A DNA stretch of 64,000 nucleotides from the human T2T-CHM13v2.0 reference genome, Homo sapiens: assembly GCF_009914755.1 (NCBI RefSeq), contig NC_060929.1; one strand, 5' to 3'. This document shows positions 14,983-31,959 of the stretch, one piece after another (position 1 is the stretch's first letter; each line of letters opens with the position of its first letter). Both the position numbers and the translations under genes were made by a program. The notes beneath the pieces were generated by a model. The model worked only from the letters and a program-made list of their open reading frames with translations. It made no database searches and was not told where the DNA came from.

Positions 14983-15221
14983 TGGTATTATTTTTATTTT
15001 ATTTTTACAGAACAGCAGAGCAAATACTTTCTCAGCGCTACCCACATGTTCATTAAATTTTTGGGGTATATCACTTCTTGAATTATATTTCTACTTTCTG
15101 GTTTAATTTCCTTTTTCCTAAACTCCATCCTTCATACTTAAGTGAGAGACTCTATGTAAATGCTCTTAGTCTTGTTTAAAAACGTATTTGTTTCAACATT
15201 GATGTTGAAATATTTTTCTTT

Positions 15222-16894
15222 ATAGATGATACGTAGTGTACAAATATTTTCTCCCATTCTCCCAAAAGGTTATCTGTTTATTCTGTGTATAGTTTTTTTT
15301 TTTCCTGTGAAGAAACTCAAGTTTAATTACATACCACTTGTCAATTTTTGCTTTTGTTGCATTTGCTTTTGGGGTCTTTGTCATGAAATCTTTGCCTGTT
15401 CCTATGTCCAGGACGTATTGCCTGGCTTGGCTTCCAGGGTTTTTACAGTTTTGGGTTTTACATTTAAGTCTTTAATCCATATTGAGTTGATTTTTGTATA
15501 TGGTGTAAGGAAGGGGTCCAGCTTCAATCTTCTGCGTATGGCTAGCCAGTTATTCCAGCACCATTTGTTGAATGGGGAGTCTTTTACCCATTGCTTGTTT
15601 TTGTCAGCTTTGTCAAATATCATATGGTCATAGATGTGCAGCCTTATTTCTGGGCTCTCTATTATGTTCCATTGGTCCATGTGCATGTTTTTGTATCAGT
15701 ACTATTTTGTTTTGGTTACTGTAGCCTTGTAGCATAGTTTGAAGTGAGTAACATTACGCCTCCATCTTTGTTCTTTTTGCTAAGAATTTCCTTGGCTATT
15801 AGGGCTCTTTTTTGGTTCCATATGAATTTTAAAATAGGTTTTTTTAATACTTCTATAAAGAATTGTCATTAGTAATTTGACAGAAATAACATTGAATCTG
15901 TAAATGGCTTTGGGCAGTATAGTCATTTTAGTGATACTGATTCTTCCTATCCATGAGCATGAGATGTTTTTCCATTTGTTTGTGTCATCTCTGATTTCTT
16001 TCAGAAGTGTTTTGTAATTCTTATTGCAGAGATCTTTCACCTCCATGGTTATGTGTATTTCTAGGTATTTTATTCTTTTTGTGGCAGTTGTAAATGGGAT
16101 TGCCTTTATCGCCTCATTAAAAAGTGGGCAAAGAATGTGAACAGACACTTTACAAAAGGAGACAAACATGCTGCCAACAAGCATATGAACAATACTCAGT
16201 ATCACTGATAATTAGAGAAATGCAAATCAAAACCACAATAAGATATCATCTCACACCAGTCACAATAGCTATTACTAAAAAGTAAAAAATAACAGATGCT
16301 GCAAGGTTGCAGAGAAAAGGGAACACTTATACACTGCTGGAGGGAGTGTAAATTAGTTTTGCCATTGTGGAAAGCAGTATGGTGATTCTTCAAAGAGCTA
16401 AAAGCAGAACTACCATTTGACCCAGCAATCCCATTACTGCAGCACTATTCACAATAGCAGAAGACATGGAAACAACTGAAATGTCATCAATGGCAGATTA
16501 GATAAAGAAAATGTGGTACAGATACTCCATGGAATACTGTGCAGCCACGTAAAAGAATGAGATCGTGTCTTCTGTGGGAACATGGATAAAGCTGGAGGCC
16601 ATTATCCTTAGTAAACTAACATAGGAACAAAAAATCAAATAACATGTTCTCACTGACAAGTGGGAGCTAAATGATAACTACTTATGAATACAAAGAAGGA
16701 AACAACAAACACTGGAATCTACTTGAGGGTGGAGGGTGAGAGGAGGGAGAGGACAAGAAAAGATTACTATTGGGTACTGGGCTTAATTACTAGGTGATGA
16801 AATAATCTGTACAACAAACTCCCATGCCCCATATGTTTACCTATGTAACAAAACTTCACATGTACCCCTGAACCTAAAATAAGAGTTAAAAAAA
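15222..16894 (+). mobile_element. 5'-inverted older primate L1 with the same 3'UTR type as 290-2490
   Basis: Antisense ORF2 at 15222-16107, then sense ORF2 end plus 3'UTR at 16112-16894. TSD-like gaaatatttttcttta and gaaattttttttta. Confidence 0.85.
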
Positions 16895-18842
16895 GAAATT
16901 TTTTTTTACTGAGAATAGATGCCTAAACTAATAATTATATCCTCTCAGCTCTCTAAGGATAAAAGCCCCATGTCTTCTAGTCTGTACTGTTGCTGAAAAT
17001 TTGCTGTTGCTCTGCAAATAAGCAGACTCTTCCCTCTAATAATATTTTGTCTTCTATGTCTTTGATATCATGCAGCTTCACCAATATTTTTATATATGAA
17101 TTTACTTTCATTTTTTCTACTTAGGACTCATTGTTATTATTATATATTAATATTCATGTACTTCATTTATTCTGAAAAAATTCCAGCCATCATTTTTTGA
17201 ATATTGCCTTTCCCCAATTCATCCTATTTGATTTTTGTGTCTCATACGAAATATAAACTAATTTATTTTCCTCTGTGCCCTATGTCCTTTAAAATTTCAG
17301 ATATTATTTATCTCTGTACTACCACTTTGCTAATTTCCTCACTTCAGTCTTTTAGTTCATTAATTCTGCCTTCAACTATTGTTTACGTAATGTTTTATTT
17401 TCCTTTGACAATTTTAAATTTTGATTACTATGTTTTTCTCTTTAGAAGCTGTATTTGGCTACATTGGTTTATTCTTCATCATAATGTCTCATGGCTGTCT
17501 TATGGTTTCAATTTATTCTATTGTTTATTAATTTTAAACAATTATGTTGTAATCTCTCAAACTGGTATGCAATCTGAAGTACTTATAGTTAAAATTTTTC
17601 TGCTTTTGGGTCCTCTGATTCTGACTCAAAGCAGCTTTTACTCCCATATAGTTTTCCATTTTTGGTTGTGAGTTCCTCTTTCATGGGACTTTTCCTGTGA
17701 GAATTCTGGACAACTTTGGTTCAGTGTGTGTCCCTTCAGAGGAGTATCAAGTTTTCTTCCGGCAGGAGACCTGCCAGGGCAAATTTCATGATATTTTCTT
17801 GGCTTGTGAGTTCTCAGATCAATGACAGTAGTATAAATTTGAACCACACATATTCATTACAAAATGGAACTTTTCATCATTTGTTCTCAAAGCTACTCTT
17901 TCTCTGATTTTGTTCCAGTCAGCTAACCAAGAAGGAAACACAGCATCATCATTAATGTCTCATATTTTCTTACTCCCTAATCCAAATATGTGACTCCTGT
18001 GGCTTCTATCTCATTACTTTTTCTGAAATGCCTCAATTTCTCTCCACCTTTAATGTAATTAACTTAATTCTTTGATCTCATACCTGAAATAAACCTTCTA
18101 ATTACTGCTTCTGCCACAAGACTTAACCTTCCCTGATTCATTACACCACAGCTGAATTGATATTTTAAAAATTCAAATCTAATCCTGTCATTCTATGGCT
18201 TAAAAATTATTACTGCACCTCCATCACTTTCAAAATAAAAATAAAACCTTGAATTCTAAGATGAAATTCAAGTTTATTGGCAATCTGAGCTCTGTTTTTG
18301 GCTTTTATCTCTTGCAAATTTCTCTTGAATGCCTTTATACAAATGACCAATGCTTCAACCATACTAAATTTTCAATGTGTTCAAATTCCCAGAATATTTT
18401 TATATGCTAGAGAAATCAATGTGTTGATCCATAAAATCCAGATGAAAGCTTCTCAGCATGAATTATTGTCACATCTTTTCTGATGACAAAAATTGTTATT
18501 CTTTATTATACGTCATTATACTAAGCATATTTACTATGCTTCGTAGTGAAAGTATATTAAATTGTAGTCAGCAACAATATTCTTCTTTTTAGGAATTGCA
18601 TTCATTTGTTTATATTTCAGTAGCAGTATAACATATATTCCTAATAATATGACAGTGTATGCGTTTAAACATATTGTCAATGACAAATATAATAATAGAA
18701 TTCTCACAGACAGGTAAATGCTTGTCTTAAGTGAGTTCTTAAAGGCGAACTGAGTTGTTAGATAATACGGTTAGAAATTATAAGAATAAAAAGTTGAGAT
18801 CAATAAGTTCTTTTCTGGCTCATAATTTTACAATTCTGGGTT

Positions 18843-18844
<2 letters not shown>

Positions 18845-18874
<30 letters not shown>
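18845..18874 (+). repeat. (GT)15 microsatellite
   Basis: Read directly from the sequence. Confidence 0.97.
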
Positions 18875-18877
<3 letters not shown>

Positions 18878-19611
18878 GTTACCTAATTGACATTACAGTA
18901 AGTGTAATTCATTGGGAAAAGCAATAAAATAATAAAATATTATAGCTGAAAGTGACCTTAAAGATAATTTAGTTCAATAGTTTCTGAAATATGTTACTAG
19001 CCAGAACATTGCTTCCAAAGAAAAATTTTGAAATCCAACATGTGAGACAGGTACATGTGGGCCTCCCCTGACTTCATTTAGAGACTTTAATACTGCAGCC
19101 CTATGCACAAGTAATCCTTCCTTCTCCTATCTACCCGCAACACCGAGGTTACACAGAACTAAGTTTAAAAATCACTGATCTACCGCAACCCAGTCACTGT
19201 TCAAATGAAAAACTGGAAGCCCAGAGACCCAATGATGTATTCAAGGTCAATTAGCCATGGACAAGGCTGGCTTTAACCCTAATCTTGTAAGTCTCCATGA
19301 AGTTCTATGGCTATGACTCTTATTTTTTACAATAAGTTCAACCCAATCTCAGAAAGCCAATAGAATTTCTCATTTCTCATATCCCATAAATAGATTAATG
19401 TTTTAATGTAACAAGTTTTCCCATGTATTTACTCCCTAGAAGCTTTGACATAAGAAATAGTTGCTCATTGCAGAAAATTTCAAAAATAAAGAAAAACAAA
19501 CACATAAAAGATAGAAATCTTCAGAAATCTCTGCTGGAAGAAATAACCATTGTTATACTTTTTTCTCTGAAAACAGTTTTTTTTTTTTTAACCAAATGGG
19601 ATTATACAAGG

Positions 19612-20075
19612 TGTATCAGTGAGCATTTCTAACTGCAAATAGCAAAATCCTCTTTAGCTAATACAGACAGAAAAGACATGTATTAAAGGATATTAGGCAG
19701 TTCTAGAATCTCTAGCAAGATCAGAGAGTCAGTGTTGAAGTCAATCCAACCAGAAAATAATACTCAAACATTACAGGACTTCTCCAGAGAAAATTCTAGC
19801 ACCACCACGACCAATGGACACAGATGCCCCAGCTCACACTCTAGAATGTGGTGTAGGCCCAAGATCCAACACCAGCCCAAAGTGAGATTCTCCACTGCCT
19901 CCCAAAAATTACAAAAGAAATTTTCCCATGTCATCTGCTTCATCCCATTTTCCTCTCTTCTTGACGAGACTGATAGCACCCAGGACACAGGACACATCTA
20001 CCCACCAGGAGCAAATCATGCCCCAAACATGAGAAGGGTGTGCAAAGATCCCACAATGCAATGACATAACATTTG
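19612..20075. mobile_element. Very old LTR relic (MLT1-like)
   Basis: Start tgtatcagt...ctaactgcaaatagcaaaatcc and tattaaaggatattagg resemble old MLT1 LTR ends. Confidence 0.4.
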
Positions 20076-20989
20076 TAACAGGAAAAGTCTTCATATATTT
20101 GTGTTCTTTTAATTTATATATTATATTAATTATTGGCCTGACAAGATTGATACATTGACCATTATATGCAAATCATCTTGCCGTAAGCAATTTGTATTGA
20201 TTCCAAATATAATGAATAATTCAATTTATCCTTTCCTTTTTCTTGTCCTCCAAAAAAGTATTTTAAAAATCTTTTCCAATTTAAATGATATAAATTATAA
20301 AAATGATGCAACCCATTTATAAGGACAAAAATCCATAAAATTTTGGGCCGCATGAGGAGTTAGTGTAGTGACACACTTATTTACTCCAATGACTAATAAT
20401 TATTGCAACATCATGTTTTTATCTCTCCAACTTAGTTAAAAGTATCGTACAGATGATCAGTTGCTTCAGACACCAATCAGCATCCCACGGACTTCCGATC
20501 AAAGACTGTGGCTGCAAATCAATTGCAGCATATGGCGTTTGTGCTTCTATTACCCAGAGCAGTAGCTGAGGACATAGTAATTAAGCAAATGCTAATGAGA
20601 AGTCTAAAATATTCACAAATGTATGAATGTATGGATTATAGTTATTTGGCACCAATTTTAAGTAACAAGCACAATCTGTGTCAAAATGCACTTGTGAAAG
20701 TCTTAGTATGTGCCGATAATATCTTACTACTAGTCTCTGAATGTGTCCAGGAAATCTATTTTTACAAATTTAAATGTTGCAATTATCACTACCTCACTAA
20801 TAAATAATCCTGATTCATCTTCCAGAAGCAAACCTCAAATTTGGTTACTCTCCAACTTCAACTCTGGATAGGCTCTCATTGTTTATTCTTTAAAGTTCAC
20901 AGTTCTTACCCAAGCATTCAAAGCTCTCTATTAACTCACCTCAAGCAACTTTTTCATGTATTATCCCCCCATTCCCGTTGTCTCTAGCT

Positions 20990-21214
20990 CAGCGTTTCCC
21001 AATGCTGGCATTTTGGGGGCTGGGGCTGGCTTTTTTTGGAGAGCTGATCAGTGCATATTAGAATGTTTCACAGCATCCTGACCTCTAACCATTAAATGTC
21101 AGAAGCATCACCACCCCCTTCTGCTGCGACAACCAAAAACATCTCTAGACATTGCCAAATGTCCCCTGGTGGTGGAGGGAGGGGGGTGGGAGGTGCCCCA
21201 GTTGAGAAGTACTG
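20990..21214 (-). mobile_element. MER20 hAT-Charlie non-autonomous DNA transposon
   Basis: caaccaaaaacatctctagacattgccaaatgtcccctgg and terminal gttgagaagtactg. 8-bp TSD ctctagct and ctctagca. Confidence 0.88.
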
Positions 21215-21284
21215 CTCTAGCAAAACTGAATTACTCATTCTTCCTACACAAACTCTGATTTTTCCTGCCTCCATGTCCATCTTT

Positions 21285-22430
21285 CATTCATTCTGCATAT
21301 ATTTTACTGAACATTGACTCTATGAAAAGCACTCTACCAGGTGCTAAAAGTTCAGTAGTGAACAAGATGGCTATGGCCCTGACTTTGTGTAGCTAATAGC
21401 CTTATGAAATAAGCCAGATCAAGTGTAATAAGCCAAGAAGGCAGAGAGTTGAGTAAGCAGCCCCTGAAGAGGTAGAGTGAAAAGTGCTGAGAGCAGAAGC
21501 CTCCACTCACCTGAGTAGGACATCCTTTCCAGAACTCAGTGTATACAAATTCTACCCACCCCCTGAAGCCCAGCTCAGATGCTGGCTTTATTCAGCCTTC
21601 TCTGATAGCTTCATATAGAAGTAATCTCCTATCCTCTGCATAGCCAGAGCAGACATTCTCTATGGTACTTGGCACCCTGCTCTGTATTGGTTATTATTCA
21701 TGGCCCCATTATTGCATACATCTCTGACTACATGAACCTCTTATGTATAGGATGCATGTCATATTCATTTCTGATTTATCCACAAGAAACTCAGTTCTTT
21801 ACACAAAAAGAAAAGCTAAATTCACATCTACTACAGGCTCCAACCAGGGTCTTTTCCAAAGGGCAGTGAGGGTAATGTGTTTAAAATGCCATACATCACC
21901 TTAGAACCCAAGTTGAAACAGTTTCTCATCACTCTTGGGATTAAGAACAAAGCCTTGAATGTAGCTACCAAAGTCCCTAATGCCTGTCTCATTCTTCTTC
22001 TTACTCCTTACCTCTTACCACTGTGCCCTTTACTGTCTGTGTTCCAGCCATATTCACTCCTTTTCAATTGCTTCAAGGTGCCATGATCTCTCCTAAAGCA
22101 GGGCCTTTGCACTGCTCTTTTCACTGCCTAGAATGCTCCCCAACCACTGTCTAGCCTCTGCATCGCACCTTTCAACTGTCACTTTCCTACATAGCCTTAT
22201 CTGACCCTCCAGCCAACATGTGGTTTTTTGGAAACATGTTAAAGAATCAATTTCTTTTCCTGCATAAGTTATTTAGCCTATATTATATCCTTGCCTCTAT
22301 GATTGATAAAGGCTTATCGCCTTCACTATATCACCAGATCAGTGAGAACAAGTACCTCCTACACTCATAACAGTGACTGACACATAGAAAGCATTCCATA
22401 AAAGATTTTGTTAAGTTGATGAGCAAATGG
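21285..22430. mobile_element. L2 fragments
   Basis: L2 motifs cattcattc...tttactgaaca, cagggcctttgcactgct and acagtgactgacacatag. Confidence 0.55.
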
Positions 22431-22757
22431 ATTTTTAAAAGTAGTTAAAGTTTTGATGAAGATGTCCATAATTGAACAATCAACATTCTGAGCACGTTTA
22501 TGAAAAGGGAGGCAAAATACCTTCATTCCAGAATGTTGGAGGAAGAAAAGGTTTATCTGGGATTACTTAAGTAGCCATCAGTGAACTCTGAGGGAAGATT
22601 CTGGGATTAAGAGGAAAGAGTAGGACCATAAAAAGGGTATGTGCACAGGAGAGTCAGAAGAAATGAGGAGGAGCTGAGGGAAGGACAGACTGATTTGGGG
22701 GAGGTTGGTGGTAAAGAAATGAGACAGAAAAGTGATGCTCAGAAGGCCAGTAGTTGA

Positions 22758-23060
22758 GGCCAGGCACAGTGGCTCATGCCTGTAATCACAGTACTTCAGG
22801 AGGCTGAGGCAGGCAGATCACCTGAGGTCAGGAGTTTGAGACCAGCCTTGTCAACATGGTCAAACCCCATCTCTACTAAAAATACAAAAATTAGCCAGGT
22901 GTGATGGCACACGCCTGAGTCCCAGGTACTAAGGAGTCTAAGGTACTAAGGCAAGAGAAACACTTGAACCCGGGAGATGGAGGTTGCAGTGAGCCAAGAT
23001 CTTACCACTGCACTCCAGCCTGGGTGACAGAGTGAGACTCTGTCTAAAAAAAAAATAAAA
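22758..23060 (+). mobile_element. AluSx/Sz-like, full length
   Basis: Dimeric Alu with TSD aa[g/a]gccagtagttga (22743-22757, 23061-23075) and a small internal duplication ggtactaagg. Confidence 0.93.
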
Positions 23061-24419
23061 AAAGCCAGTAGTTGAGATCAGAAAAAGTAAAATCAGTGAA
23101 GGTTAGTGGTCAGTAAGAAAGACCTTCAAGCCATGAAGTCTAGCACTTTAAAAAGTGTCTTGGAACACAGTAGGTACTAAATAAATATTTATTGAGTAAA
23201 TTCTGACCAAATAATCTTCTACTTAAAGTAAATCTACTTTTTAGTATTGTGTCAGACTTATTTGTAATTGCCTGACTACTAGCCTTCCTTCCGCTAACAA
23301 AATTCATGTTGAAAGAATGGCTGGTGAGCTATCTGGAGTTGTAAGACACAGACTTTAAAATAACTAGTTAACATGTTCAAGAAAATAGACGATAAGATGG
23401 ACAGAATTTCACAAGTAGATTTTAAAATATTTTAAAATCAATGTAAATTCTAGAATTTTAAAATACAATTATTGAAATTAAGTAAGTTAATTGATTAATG
23501 TAACAGCAGGATATGAATTACAGGACATAGATAAAGAGAACATTAAAAAACAGGAAGATAGTCAAGTAGAAAAACACACTGACTAGATAATAGAGATAAA
23601 AAAGAATGGAATACAACAAAAGGAAAGTATAGCCGATAGATGAGATACATTGAAATGGTGCAAGGTATATGCAATTGGTAGTCCACAAGATGCAGAGAAG
23701 GAAAGGGCAAAAGCAGAGTTTGAAGAAATTTCTGAAATTGCTGAAACACATCAAATCACAAATCAAGAAATATTATGACCGCAACCAAGATCAATACAAA
23801 GTAAAAGTAAGCCTAGGCACAAAATAAAAAGAAAAATCTGCTTAAAACTCCAATGTAAATAGAAAATTTTAAAAGCAGCTTGGGAGGTGGGGAGGAAATA
23901 GACACATTTCTTCAAAGAAAAGACATCTGACTTTTCAGCAGTAAGTATGGAAGTCAAACACAATGGAATGAACAATTCACAATACTGAAAGAAAACAATA
24001 CTGTCAACCTGGACATTTTATATCCATTGAAATTATCCTTCAAAAGTGAAAAAAAATGAAAACACTTTAAGGCAAATAAAAACAGAATTTGTCATCATAT
24101 CTAGTACTGGTAAATTTTAAGAGTTCTCTTTACGAAGAAAAATGATCCCAGAGAAAAACATGGGAATGCAAACAGAAATGAAAAACAATGGAAAGGGAAA
24201 ATATATAAGTAAATTCAAATTATTTATTACTATACAAACAATATATTATGTTTTTTGCAGTTTAAAACATACCTAGATTTAATATGCAAAACATCTAAGA
24301 AAGGAAGGAGATAAATGGAGTCAGAGTGTTTCCTTAGCATTGTCTGAGAAATGGTAAAAGTAAAAAGTTATATTAAGCTAATAACATAAGCATATTTTAA
24401 TCTCTATAATAACCATTAA

Positions 24420-24531
24420 GGAATATACTTCTAACAAATCAATAAAGGAGAAAAAGCAATAATAAAAGACAAATTGGAATGTACTTCTAACAAATCAATA
24501 AAGGAGAAAAAGCAATAATAAAAGACAAATT
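24420..24531 (+). repeat. 56-bp tandem duplication (2 copies, 1 mismatch)
   Basis: ggaat[a/g]tacttctaacaaatcaataaaggagaaaaagcaataataaaagacaaatt at 24420-24475 and 24476-24531. Confidence 0.95.
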
Positions 24532-24737
24532 TTTAGTCCAAAATATGGTGGGAAGGCTTATAAAATAATTATAAAAAAGGACAACTAGAAAATAAAAATT
24601 ACCATACTAGACATACATTCAAATATATTTGAATGTAAATATTTTAAATAAACTCATGAAAAAGAAAGCATTGTTAACTGGGTTCCAAAAGTGTGTGCTG
24701 CTTTAATAAAGTTAGTTTAAATATAAGGACAAATAAA

Positions 24738-24853
24738 ATATGAATATATCTTCATATATATACATATATAACATATATACATATATAAACACATATATAT
24801 TATATTATATATTTTAATATATGTATATTATTTATATATATATATTTTTTTTT
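24738..24853 (+). repeat. Degenerate (TA)n low-complexity tract
   Basis: Read directly from the sequence. Confidence 0.85.
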
Positions 24854-24868
24854 CACACATGACTGGGG

Positions 24869-26820
<1,952 letters not shown>

Positions 26821-29331
26821 ATAACTGGGGAATTTTTTAATATTTGGAAATTATGCAATATCCTTCTAAATAAACCATGGGTCACAGAAGAAATCAAAAT
26901 GGGAATTTTAAAATGTTTCAAACTAGGTGATAATTAAATTATGATGTGTTAATATTTATGGGATGCAGATAAGGCAAGGCTTAGTGGGAAATTTATAACC
27001 TTAAATGTATACGTTATAAGAAAAATTGTTAAGAATATAATTTTTTCAAAACAGCTTAAATTACATAAATAATCAACTAAGAAGCTAGAAATTGAAAAGC
27101 AAATTAATCCCAAAAAATAGAATGAAGGAAATAGAAAAGGCTAAGCAGATGTTAATTAAATTAAAACCAACAACACAGAAAATAAGCAATGCCAATACTT
27201 GATTCCTTGAAAAGAGTAATTCAATTGACCCTAGACAGGCTTATTAAAAAATGTTTAAAGAGAGAAATAAGGCACAAGTTATCAGTATCTGGAATGACAA
27301 ATGGCACATACCAGAGATTCTACAAACATCACAAAAGTAATAAACATGTAAGCAACTGAATATCCATAAATTTAAAATTTAGATGAAATGGAGAAATTCC
27401 CAGAAAATCATAATTTACCAAATGTACTCAATAAGAAAAACAAAATCTGTAAGTAAAAGCCTTTCTACAAAATCTTCAGGCCCAGATAACTTACTGGTGA
27501 ATTCTTCCAAACACTTAAGAAATAAATAACACCAACTTACACAAAAACTTTTAAAGAAAAAAGGGCAGAATGACCTTGATACCAAAATCCAAAAGGGCAT
27601 TACAAGAAGGATAAATATATGCATATTTATCTCATAAATATTGATCTAAAAATTGTAAGCAAAACATGAACAAATTGAATAAAACCGCATCTAAAGCAAC
27701 AAATAATAGTTATTTCATCATTGTGAGGTTAGTTTAACAAATATAAATCAATGCAATTCTCCATGTTAATAAAGGAGAATATTCATACCACCACCTCAAA
27801 AAAAGCATTTGAAAAAATGTTATAATTACGATTTACAAAGAAAAAACTCAGCAAACTAAGGATAGAGGGAAATTTTTGTAATCCCAAAGAACACCTTATA
27901 AAGATATTTTACACAAAATACTATACTTAATAGGGAAATGCTAAAAGCTTTTTCATAATATCAAAAATGGGCAAAGATGTCCACTTTCACTACTTCTATT
28001 CAACAGTGTGCTGGAGGTCCTAGCCAGTATGATGAGGTAAGAAAACAAAGTACAAAGTTTGAAATGAAAGAAGCAAAACTGCCATTATTTACAAAACGCA
28101 TGGCTCTATACATGAAAAATTTCAAATAATCTGAAAACAAAGTGTTAGCATTAATAAACTAATTTAGAAAATATACTAGATACAAGGTTAATTTCCAAAT
28201 TAATTTTATTTTGACATAACATCAACAAATAATTAGTAAGTTAAATTGAAAGTGATGCCATTTATAGACATACAGTAACACATGAAATGTCCTAAACTAC
28301 AGGAAATAAGATAGGGTGATATTGGTATAAGAGTTGACTAACAAACCAAAGGGACAAATAGGATTTGGAAATAGCCCCACCCGTAATCATCACGGACTTA
28401 AGATACAGAGTGCAGTGGAGAAAAAAGACTTTTCAATGAATGGCCCTAGGTCAATCTGATATCTATATATATATTTAAAAACTCATCATAACCCTTACCA
28501 TATACCATGTAAAAACTCAAATTCAAATGAATCATAAATCTAAATGTGAAAGATAAAGTAATATAGTTTCTAGAGAAAAACTTATGGGTTTTCTCTTCAC
28601 GACCTTGAGGTAACCAAAGATTTCTTAAATAAGATGCAAAAAGGCACTAACCATAATAGAAACCATTGATAAATTAGACTACATTTTGAAGAGCTTCTGT
28701 TAATCAAAAGTCACCTTCAAAAGAGTGGGAGAATATATTTGCAACATGCGTATCTGAAAAATAAATGGCTTTATTCAGAATACAGAAAGAGGTCATAACA
28801 ATATGAAGAGAAGCAATCAATTCAACAGTAAAATGAACAAAAGACTTGAACAAAATCTTCATAAAAAAAAAGATATCAATACCAGCATTTGCCAGGATGG
28901 GGAGAATTTAGATCTCTTATACTGTTGCTGGAAAACTGAGAGTATCTTGCAAAGCTGAATATACACATAGCCTGTGATCTAAGCAAACCTGCTACTAACT
29001 CAATGTACAGTAGAAATGGGTACACATATGCAAGAAAAATAAAAAGCAAAAAAACTTGTATAGCACTCAGTGTAAGAGTGTAAAAATCAAAACAATTCAA
29101 AGGTCCACTATTAAAATGAACTTTAAAACTGTGTTGCATTCATCCAATGGAATAGTTAGCCATGAAAATGAATTAATCACTTTTGCAAGCAATGAAATGG
29201 ATAAATCTCAAAGATATAATGATGAATGAAAGAGGCCAGACACTAAACAATATAGAATGTATGATTCAATGTATATGAAATTCAGAACTGATATATGGTA
29301 ATTACCTTTGCAGGGTAGAGGTAGGGACTAA

Positions 29332-30087
<756 letters not shown>

Positions 30088-31959
30088 TAGATCTTCACGT
30101 TCCGCAGTTACTACCTATATTGAAGGACAGAGCGGGCCAGGGATCCCCTTCAGGACAAATTATCTATGGCCCTGAAGTCAGGATCATGTAACAGATTTTT
30201 ATCACCATTGTATAGATGAAGAAACTAAATGTTTCTGTGATTTAAAAAAAAAAAAAATCGGAAAACAAATCAACCCAGACTGTTACAGCTGAGATCTTTA
30301 AACCTACAGAGTGTAGCAGTCTCTTCTTTCTGAATGGCCTGTACAACACTTGGTATATTAACTGCTACCAAGAAGCATGCAAAATCTTTGATGCGGATTA
30401 ATTAACACAACTCAATTCTACAGATCCTACTATATGTCAGGATCTGTGCTATGCTTAGTGGGGGATAATTTGATAAATAAGGCATGGCCATTGCCCTCTG
30501 GGTCTCAGAATCTGGTAGAAGAGAAGTTCAACAGATAAATGATTTTAATATATATGGAATTTTAAAAAATATTCAAAATACAAACAGAAAGAAACTAACA
30601 GATTAATTTGGAATTGCAGAGACTGGAGGGAAAAAGGAGTGTAGAGCAGGTGTCCTTTCAAATGAATTTGAAATATGAGAAGTACTTTGAAAGGCAGTGA
30701 TAGGGAATGAGGACATTATTGGGAAAGGGTAGAAAATGAGCAAAATTAGAGCTGAGAGAATGCAGGAAGGATTTGAGGAACTGTAGTTTACATGATACAG
30801 CTAGGACACCTGGCATACAGGCAGGTGTAAATATGAGGTATAACAAGACTGCAGATAGGCTGACACACTTGGAATGTCAATGTGAGAAATCTGAATTTTC
30901 ATGTGAACACAGTTGAAGGTGTTAATGCAACATCACATTGGTTTCAAAAAAAAATGGAGCTATGTACATATTTAAATTGTATTTACTAGCTCTCTGACCT
31001 TAGGCAAGTGGCTTAACTCCACCAAAACTGACTCCTTAGATGAGGTAATAGTGCATGTAGAACATTTAGCACTATTATATATTCAGTATATAATATGTGC
31101 TTTGTAAATGTTAGCTGCCATTATTATTGTTTCTATGAAGGAGAGAGAATCATACATATTCAACTCTGTATGATGGTTAAAAACCAGCTTCTGAGTTATT
31201 TTAAATTTTATTTAGATTTACGTTTGTGATGCTGTGGCTTAAATCCATACAAAATATTTGGTGATAGGTCCCATTGTTCTTTGATATATAAAATAGGTCT
31301 ATAACTGATTTGTCACTTCTATGAATTAGCCTCCTGTCAAAAATAACACTTTATTGGAAGTTGTCTGCAACATTTAAAAGATTTGGATTCTTTACCGTGA
31401 AACAGCAATGTTTCAAATCACTATAGGTACAAGGTTTAATTGGTAATTGTTTTATGTCCCTCTAACTTAAGCAATATTACTGTAGATTATTTCTGGAGAT
31501 AAAGGCAATCCTTTTTTCAGTTAAACCTTAATCATAATGGTGGAAGTAAAAAGGTATTGTGGGGAAGCACTGGCTTTGGCATTGGCTTGATCTAGGTAAG
31601 AGTCTTAATTCTATTCCTTCCTCTTTGTCTTCAGAGAAATTGTTTAACTTCCCAGGAACCCAATTCCTCACTTGTAAAATGAGATAAAGATATTTATGTT
31701 CTTAACACAATGCTTAGACACATGATAATTCCTTCTTTTCCATGCTCCCAGATCACAGCACAAGTACTGCTTAGGGGGGAAAAATGTAGTGGGCACAGAC
31801 TGGACCAGAGTTCAGATACTTCGGTCAAAAAGTTGAGATACTTTTCAAGCTTCAATGTTGGCCTAGCCTGCCCATGCTGTGATTCGGGCAGCAGTGATGC
31901 ATGCTGTACAGGGCTCATGAATTGACTGAAGATACTTGAAGGAAATAAAATTAGTCATT

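Larger units (their letters stand above)
13335..17870 (-). mobile_element. Fragmented ancient L1M elements (3' ends and an ORF1-region remnant) hosting younger inserts
   Basis: Antisense L1M motifs (aatggcatctcattgtg; atctactctttcagcaatttt at ~14360; ttctgaaaaaattccagccatcatt). Confidence 0.55.
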
